DNA from: an uncultured virus (IMG/VR IMGVR_UViG_3300024509_000012)
Taxonomy: Duplodnaviria > Heunggongvirae > Uroviricota > Caudoviricetes
Virus record (IMG/VR): IMGVR_UViG_3300024509_000012
DNA: 20,000 bases
Direction: 5' to 3' (one strand)
The notes below the pieces were generated by a model. That model did not search any database, had not been told where the DNA came from, and was given only the letters and a program-made list of their open reading frames with translations. This document shows positions 9,107-16,129 of the stretch, piece by piece (position 1 is the stretch's first letter; each line of letters opens with the position of its first letter). The position numbers were made by a program, and so were the translations under genes.

Positions 9107-9611
9107 CTGTACTTCCTATTCCCCCAACTCTATCTGTTTTTTGGGATGGTTTGTCGAAAATTTGTTGAAAACTAGTTCTAATAACCGGAACAATTTCACC
9201 CTGACATAAACGATCACCATTATTAATTTTAAATGGTTCATTACTGTTGTTAAAAATTGGAATAAATGTTGGTTCTACATAATCAGAATCAATAACACCT
9301 TCACAATTTACTAAGGTAATACCATTCTTAATTGATGTTCCAGATCTTGGATGTAGTCTAATAGAATATCCTTCTGGAATATCAAAAATTAAATTTGTTG
9401 GAACTAATGCACGTTCTCCTGGTTTAATGTAAATATAGTTATCAAACAATGTTTCAATTGGTAATTCTTTTTTAACTTCATTATCTTTTGTGAAAATCTT
9501 AATTTCTCTGTCTGGAAGAATTGAACAAAAAATATCAAAACAGGCTGAACTTTCTGTTCCATACTTTGGTTCAAATGCACCTTCATCCACTTTATAATAA
9601 TTTAAAATCAT
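9099..9611 (-). CDS. dut: Trimeric dUTPase
   Basis: SACFD, HPRSG, GVIDSDY, GDRLCQ and RVGGIGSTG motifs. Confidence 0.96.
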   Translation of the reverse strand: MILNYYKVDEGAFEPKYGTESSACFDIFCSILPDREIKIFTKDNEVKKELPIETLFDNYIYIKPGERALVPTNLIFDIPEGYSIRLHPRSGTSIKNGITLVNCEGVIDSDYVEPTFIPIFNNSNEPFKINNGDRLCQGEIVPVIRTSFQQIFDKPSQKTDRVGGIGSTGV

Positions 9612-10294
9612 CTAAATCTCCTCAAATTGAAATATATAATACTACTATTAACACCCCACCCTATCATTCTATCATACCATTTTGGTTTTGTCAACCTATC
9701 CATATTTTCAGTAAACTTTTGAGCATTATCAGTTATTTTTGTAGTGTTATCAACAATAACAGGAAATTTCTGATCGAAAGTATTTGTCATTGAACCAATA
9801 TTTTTTGTTATTTTAGGTATTTCTACCTGAAATGTTTTTGAAGTTTCTCTTACAGTATTTCTAGTATCAATTAATAAATCACTAGTCAAATTTTGCCAAC
9901 AATAATCATTTATATTACAATTAGTTTGTGTATCAAATCTTGCAAATATTTTTTCAGAGTTTTTTGGAATTGTTTTATATTCATTAGACAATAACATTAG
10001 TTCATTTTCAATATTTTTTACACTAACAAAAGTTTTTTGTTCAATAGAATCAATTCTCTTAAATGTATTATTTTCAATTGAAGAAATTCTTGTAAATAAT
10101 CTATTTTCTACTGAAGAAATTCTTCTATCAATTTTATCTGTGGTTTGATAAAGATATGAAAATGTTTCATTTTTAATTAAACTAATTTCATTAGAAACTT
10201 TATTTTTTATAAAGTAACTCATGTCAAATATTACCCAAGAAAGAGTTAAATAAAAAATTCCAGCACAAATATTCTTAAATAATTCTGATTTCAT
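9608..10294 (-). CDS. Membrane-anchored coiled-coil protein
   Basis: N-terminal hydrophobic helix, 11-residue helical repeats (RISSVENRLFT/RISSIENNTFK/RIDSIEQKTFV) and a disulfide-like CNINDYC. Confidence 0.75.
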   Translation of the reverse strand: MKSELFKNICAGIFYLTLSWVIFDMSYFIKNKVSNEISLIKNETFSYLYQTTDKIDRRISSVENRLFTRISSIENNTFKRIDSIEQKTFVSVKNIENELMLLSNEYKTIPKNSEKIFARFDTQTNCNINDYCWQNLTSDLLIDTRNTVRETSKTFQVEIPKITKNIGSMTNTFDQKFPVIVDNTTKITDNAQKFTENMDRLTKPKWYDRMIGWGVNSSIIYFNLRRFR

Positions 10295-10539
10295 ATAATA
10301 TCTTCAGCTTTTATTGGTAGAATCATTTTTTTCAAAAATTGACCATTTTCAAAAACTAATAATGATGGAACTACGTTTATATTATATTCATAAACATATT
10401 CTTTTTCTTCTTCAACATTTACAAATAATACTTCTACATAATTACCTTTTATTGGTAATTCCATACATAGCTTAAATAAGCTTCTCGAAAGCGTTGAACC
10501 CTTAATACCACAGACTATTAATTTATATATTTTTGGCAT
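10291..10539 (-). CDS. Thioredoxin-fold protein lacking CxxC
   Basis: VNVEE...YNINVVPSLLVFENG (cis-Pro loop). STLS sits at the expected CxxC position. Confidence 0.7.
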   Translation of the reverse strand: MPKIYKLIVCGIKGSTLSRSLFKLCMELPIKGNYVEVLFVNVEEEKEYVYEYNINVVPSLLVFENGQFLKKMILPIKAEDII

Positions 10540-10540
10540 A

Positions 10541-10573
10541 AAAATATATATGGGAGGATTTCTCCTCCCATAT
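10541..10573 (-). terminator. Intrinsic terminator
   Basis: ATATGGGAGGA-gaaa-TCCTCCCATAT followed by an A/U tract. Confidence 0.7.
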
Positions 10574-11592
10574 TAGAAGATAGGAATTGTTGTGAAATAA
10601 CCCTTATCACGATTAAACTTCAAACCAAATCCAGTTAGTGCAGAACGTGTAGTCTTAACACGAACAGAACCAACTTTTCCTTTTGTTTGTGGGAAAGCTA
10701 CGTCTAGTGTTAAGGCAGTTTGACCCCTTGCAGGAAGAGTAATTTTATCTGTATGGATTTGATTTCCTAGATTATCATAAAAAGTAAATGCTACTTCTTG
10801 TGTATAATTTAGATAATTAACTAGAGCTAATCCAGTTGAAAAAGAACCATAATTATCGTATGGTAATGAGAATCCATCTCGATTAGCAATAGAACTTGAA
10901 ATCGTTGCTTCAAAAGAAGCATTTGAATATGTTGCCTGAGCAACTACACCAGAACCATATACAGTCTTAATATCCAAAGAACCAGTCTTTAGTGAAAGTG
11001 GATCTGATAGAACTACATCAACGGAACCATTTCCAGGAACAACGACAGAATGTTCAGAAACATAATTTCCATTAATAAAGAATGGTGAATTTGTTCCCGA
11101 AGGTTCATAAAACTTCAGAGTAACTAGACTGATCCAATTGGATGTGTTTGTTAGTCTGACAGTTGTTGTCCAACCACCACCGGATGCAATATGGGGAATA
11201 ATTGGATCGGTTGAAGTAGTAAAGGTTCGTGAATCAATTACTGTAAGATTAATACCCACAGAAACAGATACAGATGGTGAATTCTGAACAAAGTTAACTG
11301 GAATATTATAAGATCCAACAGAAAGACCATTATTTACTACAGACATCTTTACAACTTGATTTGTTCCAGGTGCCAGAAAACCCTGAACAGGCCAAACAAG
11401 AACAGCTTGCTGATTGGATGGAACAACTGTAGTAAATGCAAAAGGTGCTGCATTTGAAGAAATTGTTACGTCAGGTACAGCAACAATTGTATCTGTTGCT
11501 AAATCAAAAGTCACATTCACACTAGAAGGCGACACAGTAGGTTGAGAGAACATCAACCCAATACTAAAAATACTTACTAAAATAAACTTCAT
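10573..11592 (-). CDS. Secreted beta-rich protein (BACON/Ig-like N-domain plus Acidobacteria-like module)
   Basis: Signal peptide, VSPSSVNVT and GLSVGSYNIPV Ig/BACON-like motifs, PHIASGGGWTTTVRLTN and STGLALVN motifs. Confidence 0.75.
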   Translation of the reverse strand: MKFILVSIFSIGLMFSQPTVSPSSVNVTFDLATDTIVAVPDVTISSNAAPFAFTTVVPSNQQAVLVWPVQGFLAPGTNQVVKMSVVNNGLSVGSYNIPVNFVQNSPSVSVSVGINLTVIDSRTFTTSTDPIIPHIASGGGWTTTVRLTNTSNWISLVTLKFYEPSGTNSPFFINGNYVSEHSVVVPGNGSVDVVLSDPLSLKTGSLDIKTVYGSGVVAQATYSNASFEATISSSIANRDGFSLPYDNYGSFSTGLALVNYLNYTQEVAFTFYDNLGNQIHTDKITLPARGQTALTLDVAFPQTKGKVGSVRVKTTRSALTGFGLKFNRDKGYFTTIPIF

Positions 11593-11780
11593 TTTTTCTC
11601 CTTATAATCATTTATATAAAATCCAGAACCATTAAATTTAATACCACAGGCACTAGGAATTTTTTTAATAAAACACTCAACATTTTCGCATCCTGGATAA
11701 CGAGTAATATCTTCATCCATTTTTAAAATCATCTCAAACTCTTTATTGCATACTTGGCATTTAAAGTCATAGATTGGCAT
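11589..11780 (-). CDS. FmdB family zinc-ribbon protein
   Basis: MPIYDFKCQVC...FNGSGFYINDY signature. Confidence 0.88.
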   Translation of the reverse strand: MPIYDFKCQVCNKEFEMILKMDEDITRYPGCENVECFIKKIPSACGIKFNGSGFYINDYKEKK

Positions 11781-12153
11781 ATTTAAAACCCTGAAAATAT
11801 TTGTCAATATTTAAATAAGAAATATAATGACGTTTTGGATTTTGAGTTCCATAATGTTCTGCGATAACTTCACACATTCGTTCAGAACCAACAGGATTTA
11901 AGGAATGAACTATACACAATTTTGTAGGCCAACGATTATTCTCTTTCATCCAAAGAACAAAATCATAACCAGTTTTTTCTACATAATCTTCTGGCTTTAC
12001 ATGTCCATAATGCTCATATGCAAGATCATGATCTAACCATGCTTCTTCAATTTCATTTTCTTGCATAATGTTTACTGCTTCATCAAAATTTTTAGCAGTT
12101 TTCCAGTTTCCAATAAAAGGACACTTTCTAACATCATCTAACCAAAGTTTCAT
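11767..12153 (-). CDS. Cyclic-phosphate-processing receiver-domain protein
   Basis: MKLWLDDVR, LDHDL, TGYD and HSLNPVG motifs. Confidence 0.8.
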   Translation of the reverse strand: MKLWLDDVRKCPFIGNWKTAKNFDEAVNIMQENEIEEAWLDHDLAYEHYGHVKPEDYVEKTGYDFVLWMKENNRWPTKLCIVHSLNPVGSERMCEVIAEHYGTQNPKRHYISYLNIDKYFQGFKYANL

Positions 12154-12404
12154 AAATACTCCGTCTTAATTACAGAATTACAATGTTCACAACGAACGTT
12201 CTTCTTGAATGTAATATATTGTTGCGCTTCAAATGGACCTAATGCGTAATTCTCTGGAGAAAGTCTCTTTTTGTTGCCTTTAGAATCAATTCTATATGGA
12301 ACATAATCCATAATCAACGAACCATAATCGTCATCGTAAGATTCGTTAATCACTACATAAGTGACTTCTTCGCCATCTTCAATTCTTTTCTTTTCATTTA
12401 TCAT
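12150..12404 (-). CDS. Hypothetical protein with C-terminal CxxC
   Basis: ATGA overlaps with both neighbours. Confidence 0.7.
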   Translation of the reverse strand: MINEKKRIEDGEEVTYVVINESYDDDYGSLIMDYVPYRIDSKGNKKRLSPENYALGPFEAQQYITFKKNVRCEHCNSVIKTEYL

Positions 12405-12820
12405 ATTAAATATAACTTATAATTAAGTATAGCTTGTTCTTCAGTCATAGTCAACTTCTTGAGAAACTTTTTTATAGTGTCTTCAGTTCCACCTTTTCTA
12501 TCTGGAGAAACAACTGCAATTAATATATCTGAATCTCTAGCAATTAGAGTATTTCTTGCATATGCAACTTTAGCATATGCGGTTTTATAAGATATACCAG
12601 AATCCATCAGTGTTTTTAAATTTTCTTGATTGGGATGGTGAATTGTGATAGGAACAAAATATACTTTAGCAAGAATTTCTGCAAAAAGATCTCCACCAGT
12701 TTTGCAACCACCAGAAATAATATTAACTTCAGAACAATCTATTTCTACTAATATATTCAAAAGCTTTTCAAAATCGGATGAAGAATTTCTTTTTCTTGAA
12801 CCAATAATTCCAATATTCAT
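12401..12820 (-). CDS. SLOG superfamily (DprA/Smf, DUF2493-like) protein
   Basis: IGIIGSR, IISGGCKTGGD, ARNTLIARDSD and GGTEDTI motifs. Confidence 0.8.
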   Translation of the reverse strand: MNIGIIGSRKRNSSSDFEKLLNILVEIDCSEVNIISGGCKTGGDLFAEILAKVYFVPITIHHPNQENLKTLMDSGISYKTAYAKVAYARNTLIARDSDILIAVVSPDRKGGTEDTIKKFLKKLTMTEEQAILNYKLYLI

Positions 12821-12831
12821 AACTGTTTAAT

Positions 12832-12990
12832 GTCCCGTGATTGAGATGGCTCACGGGACCAGAAGCCTCATCGTTACCATAAGGTAACGAGCAACCTTAA
12901 AATTTATATTTGAGATTGTTATAAACATCCTTAGAAGTTATCTAGAAATTTCTAATTCTGTCTATTCGTGGTAGCCAATCTCATGCATAC
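12832..12990 (-). ncRNA. Structured non-coding region with three stems and a possible loop-strand pseudoknot
   Basis: Stems at 12911-12918/12976-12983, 12871-12890 and 12832-12859. No ORF. Confidence 0.45.
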
Positions 12991-12994
12991 TTTT

Positions 12995-13103
12995 TAGACT
13001 CCTGTATAACAATGTCCTGGGGTCGAACCAGGGCCTCCGGATTTACAAAGGTTAGCTAACCGTTCCGGCGGTCTACCATTAACCTAACATCACTATACGT
13101 CCA
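12995..13103 (-). ncRNA. tRNA-like RNA with expanded anticodon loop and no CCA
   Basis: D arm GGTT-AATGGTA-GACC, stem CCGGA/TCCGG around 22 nt, T arm CCTGG-TTCGACC-CCAGG. The acceptor helix is extended by GTATA/TATAC. Confidence 0.65.
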
Positions 13104-13117
13104 TCAACCACAATCTT

Positions 13118-13193
13118 TGGAGCTACGAGTCAGACTTGAACTGACAACCTACGGTTTACAAAACCGTTGCTCTACCAATTGAGCTATCATAGC
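13118..13193 (-). tRNA. tRNA-Thr(TGT)
   Basis: Cloverleaf, ACGGT-TTTGTAA-ACCGT, CCA encoded. Confidence 0.95.
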
Positions 13194-13207
13194 TTTACCA
13201 TACAACC

Positions 13208-13237
13208 ATTATACCTCGAAAGGAATTGAGAAGTCAA
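13208..13237 (-). promoter_or_regulatory. sigma70 promoter for tRNA-Thr and the downstream RNA
   Basis: TTGACT-18-TATAAT. Confidence 0.7.
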
Positions 13238-13239
13238 TA

Positions 13240-13524
13240 CTACCAGTGAAAAACACCAAACTTTTTTTCACCGTTTGCATAAACCACTAAAACGTTTCCA
13301 TCTTCAGCAAATTCAAGAGGATCACCCCAAAGAGACGGGACTTCATCACCAACTTCATAAGACAACTGACGGGACCAGCGATTATTACCACCGAAATAAA
13401 CGCCATCTACTTCTAAAATACGCTTGTTCGCATCTTCGGCATTTTCCGCCTCAACAATAACAACTTTTGGTGGAGGCTTATCAATACCGAAAGAATTATT
13501 TTGTAGAAAGCTAAAGAATTTCAT
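13240..13524 (-). CDS. Hypothetical phage protein, probably leaderless
   Basis: 94-aa ORF (QNNSFG...VIVEAENAEDAN). TATAAT lies 6 nt before the ATG. Confidence 0.75.
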   Translation of the reverse strand: MKFFSFLQNNSFGIDKPPPKVVIVEAENAEDANKRILEVDGVYFGGNNRWSRQLSYEVGDEVPSLWGDPLEFAEDGNVLVVYANGEKKFGVFHW

Positions 13525-13548
13525 ATATTCATTATACCTTAATAGCGA

Positions 13549-13710
13549 TCATGATCGCTTCTTTCGTTTACATGCACAATCACATAAACATTTCTTCACA
13601 CACGGACATTTATCTACACAACATCCATGCGGAGTACAAAACTTTGGAACATTTGCATTAACAAAATATCCAGAAAATAAAAAACTACACGCAAATAAAA
13701 AATATTTCAT
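13549..13710 (-). CDS. Small secreted Cys-rich peptide (53 aa, not in the ORF track)
   Basis: SD GAGGA, MKYFLFACSFLFSGYFVNA-NVPKFCTPHGCCVDKCPCVKKCLCDCACKRKKRS. Confidence 0.7.
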   Translation of the reverse strand: MKYFLFACSFLFSGYFVNANVPKFCTPHGCCVDKCPCVKKCLCDCACKRKKRS

Positions 13711-13804
13711 AATTTATCCTCACTAATCTTGTTTGCGGATTTTTATAGTCTGCGAGTTTCTAATCTCTCCTTACCGTGGGTGACTATTGCCATGAGCCGC
13801 ATCT

Positions 13805-13879
13805 TGGCTCTGGAAGTAGGACTCGAACCTACAACATTCTGGTTAACAGCCAGACGCTCTACCATTGAGCTATTCCAGA
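13805..13879 (-). tRNA. tRNA-Asn(GTT)
   Basis: TCTGG-CTGTTAA-CCAGA, G73, CCA. Confidence 0.96.
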
Positions 13880-13885
13880 AAAATT

Positions 13886-13964
13886 TGGTAGGGAAAGTCG
13901 GATTCGAACCGACGTGCTTCTGTTCCCAAAACAGACGAGATAAACCAGGCTCCTCTATTTCCCT
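13886..13964 (-). tRNA. tRNA-Pro(TGG)
   Basis: TCTGT-TTTGGGA-ACAGA, CCA. Confidence 0.94.
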
Positions 13965-13973
13965 ATGTTTATA

Positions 13974-14007
13974 TATTTATAATATCAAAAATTTTATGGT
14001 TTGTCAA
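13974..14007 (-). promoter_or_regulatory. Overlapping sigma70 and late promoters for the Pro/Asn tRNAs
   Basis: TTGACA-17-TATTAT overlapping TATAAATA (13974-13981). Confidence 0.7.
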
Positions 14008-14010
14008 GTG

Positions 14011-14226
14011 CTAGAGGAAAATATTTTCATCAATTTCTTTTTCTTCTAGTGGACACCATTTTGGAAATTTTTCACCAATTCGCAAATCTACTTCTTTATT
14101 AACTTTTTTACAGAATCTAGAATCGCCTAAAGAATCTGTGAAATAAAAATCACATTGATAACATGAACCAATCATTCGTGAAGGAATAATTTGTTCAGGA
14201 ATAACCTTAACTTTCTTTTGGTTCAT
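14011..14226 (-). CDS. Small Cys-containing hypothetical protein
   Basis: SD GGAG before MNQKK, CYQC...FC...PKWCPL. Confidence 0.7.
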   Translation of the reverse strand: MNQKKVKVIPEQIIPSRMIGSCYQCDFYFTDSLGDSRFCKKVNKEVDLRIGEKFPKWCPLEEKEIDENIFL

Positions 14227-14740
14227 AATTGTCTCCATAATGTCTAGAAATAAAATCAACAAAAAAATCTAAATCAATTGGTGTATAATCACAATTTTCA
14301 ACACACATATTGAATTTTCTTGGGTGAAATTTTATTTTATCATGAATATGACCATACAGATAAAAATCATAGTATGGCTTATTAAATCTATTATCTTCTT
14401 CTGGATAGTGACAAAGATAAATTTGTTTATCCATGATATTTAATACTAGATCATTTTGTGATGTTTCAAACAAAGATTCGTCAATATATTTATCATGATT
14501 ACCACGAATCAAATGTATTTTTCCATTTAATTTCTCACGATAATTTTTTGAAACTTGATGTCCTGGACGACCAAAACAAAAATCACCAAGAAAATAAACA
14601 ATATCATTTTCTGATACACATTTGTTCCAATTATTTATTAGAACTTCATCCATTTGTTCTTTTGTTTGAAATGGTCTATTACAATATTTAATAATATTCT
14701 CATGACCAAAATGTGTATCAGAAATCACCCAACGTTTCAT
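14207..14740 (-). CDS. Calcineurin-like metallophosphoesterase
   Basis: SDTHFGH, LGDF, RGNHD, CHYP and YGHIH motifs. Confidence 0.93.
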   Translation of the reverse strand: MKRWVISDTHFGHENIIKYCNRPFQTKEQMDEVLINNWNKCVSENDIVYFLGDFCFGRPGHQVSKNYREKLNGKIHLIRGNHDKYIDESLFETSQNDLVLNIMDKQIYLCHYPEEDNRFNKPYYDFYLYGHIHDKIKFHPRKFNMCVENCDYTPIDLDFFVDFISRHYGDNYEPKES

Positions 14741-14741
14741 A

Positions 14742-14924
14742 TTAACCTATAATTACTTCAGTAACCAAACCATTTTCAACAGAAAGATTTAATCTGGCTG
14801 GATTATAATCATTTGTCAACATGAATGGGACACCATCAATATTTACAACTCTTGAAGGAATTTGATTTTCTTTTAAAAAATCTCTAACTTCATCAACATT
14901 TTTTCCAATTAAATTCTCGTACAT
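14742..14924 (-). CDS. Serine protease inhibitor-like protein (potato inhibitor I13/I78 fold)
   Basis: LIGK...RVV...MLTNDYNPARLNL.V..G.V......G pattern. Confidence 0.7.
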   Translation of the reverse strand: MYENLIGKNVDEVRDFLKENQIPSRVVNIDGVPFMLTNDYNPARLNLSVENGLVTEVIIG

Positions 14925-14932
14925 ATTTCCTC

Positions 14933-15094
14933 TTAAAGAAGATCTACTTTACCATTTCTGTAACATTTCGCAACACCACGTTCAAGAAAGTGTAGATGGT
15001 AAATCCATTTTTCTCTCTCTAAAGCTACTCCTAATTTATAACAAAGATAACAAAGAATAACAGCTAGTGCAGTAAAAAATACAGGTGGTGACAT
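14933..15094 (-). CDS. Small membrane protein
   Basis: TAATG coupling to the PNKP stop and one hydrophobic helix. Confidence 0.6.
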   Translation of the reverse strand: MSPPVFFTALAVILCYLCYKLGVALEREKWIYHLHFLERGVAKCYRNGKVDLL

Positions 15095-16017
15095 TAGAAC
15101 TCCAAATCTATTAATCCACAATTAAAAACTGGAACATTTAATACTTTCCAACATTCTCTGATGACTTGTGGGCGATCATCAAAAACAGCAAATACATTAT
15201 ATTTATACTTGATGAATTGATTGTACATATCCATTTTTACTTCTGAATCTCTACGACGATCATTTTCTTGTCTCATATGAAGTTCAACATTTAATCGAAA
15301 ATCATCATATTCATCATGATGATTCAGAACATAAAAGCCACATTTATCTTCTAGCCATTTAACAGTTTCAGTTGAACACTTTTCAGAACGTCCAGTAAAA
15401 ATAAATATTTTAAAATTCGGATTGATCATCTTCAATGCCTTAACAGTCATTAAGACATGATTTCGAACATCGTCTTGATATACTTTATGTTCATCATAAG
15501 GTCCACGATCTTTCATTTGAGCAAGAGTACCATCAATATCAACAATAATACAATTATATAGTCGATTAGGTTCCCATTTTGGGAGATCACGATCAATCGG
15601 AGTTTTCATAAATTTATCATACATATCACGAATTACCTTTTCTCCAACTTTCGCTTCACGCAAAGAATCACGGCGGATGCACTCTTCAAGAGGCACATGA
15701 CGGAAATCTACCAACTCAACTTCGAATCCAACATCAACACAAAAGTCTTTGATCTGCTGAAGCGTCTTTGGATTCAGGTGAGTGTTATCCACCACAACAC
15801 TCATATTGTGTCCTGCTGCTTCTACAATCTTTGCTTTGCGAATCCACCGGACCTGTTTCTCGACTTCGCCAGTCCAATTCCGATGGCCTTCCTTCTCATA
15901 AATAAGTTCACGAATGTCGTCGTTGTTCACACGAACAACGTTATTCGTTTTACAAAACTCTTTGGCCCAGGTCGTTTTCCCAGAAGCAGGAAGACCAATT
16001 GTAATATATGCTTTCAT
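15094..16017 (-). CDS. pseT: Polynucleotide 5'-kinase/3'-phosphatase (T4 PseT-like)
   Basis: GLPASGKT P-loop, NNDDIR, VDNTHL, HAD DIDGT, FTGR and FDDR. Confidence 0.94.
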   Translation of the reverse strand: MKAYITIGLPASGKTTWAKEFCKTNNVVRVNNDDIRELIYEKEGHRNWTGEVEKQVRWIRKAKIVEAAGHNMSVVVDNTHLNPKTLQQIKDFCVDVGFEVELVDFRHVPLEECIRRDSLREAKVGEKVIRDMYDKFMKTPIDRDLPKWEPNRLYNCIIVDIDGTLAQMKDRGPYDEHKVYQDDVRNHVLMTVKALKMINPNFKIFIFTGRSEKCSTETVKWLEDKCGFYVLNHHDEYDDFRLNVELHMRQENDRRRDSEVKMDMYNQFIKYKYNVFAVFDDRPQVIRECWKVLNVPVFNCGLIDLEF

Positions 16018-16023
16018 AATTTA

Positions 16024-16052
16024 ATTATACCAAAATTTTTAATTGTTGTCAA
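16024..16052 (-). promoter_or_regulatory. sigma70 promoter, leaderless pseT
   Basis: TTGACA-17-TATAAT-6 nt-ATG. Confidence 0.85.
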
Positions 16053-16055
16053 GTT

Positions 16056-16129
16056 TGGCACCCGCTCCAGGATTCGAACCTAGACTAAATGAGTCAAAGT
16101 CATTTGTGCTGCCGTTACACTAAGCGGGT
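16056..16129 (-). tRNA. tRNA-Gln(TTG)
   Basis: AATGA-CTTTGAC-TCATT, CCA. Confidence 0.94.
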
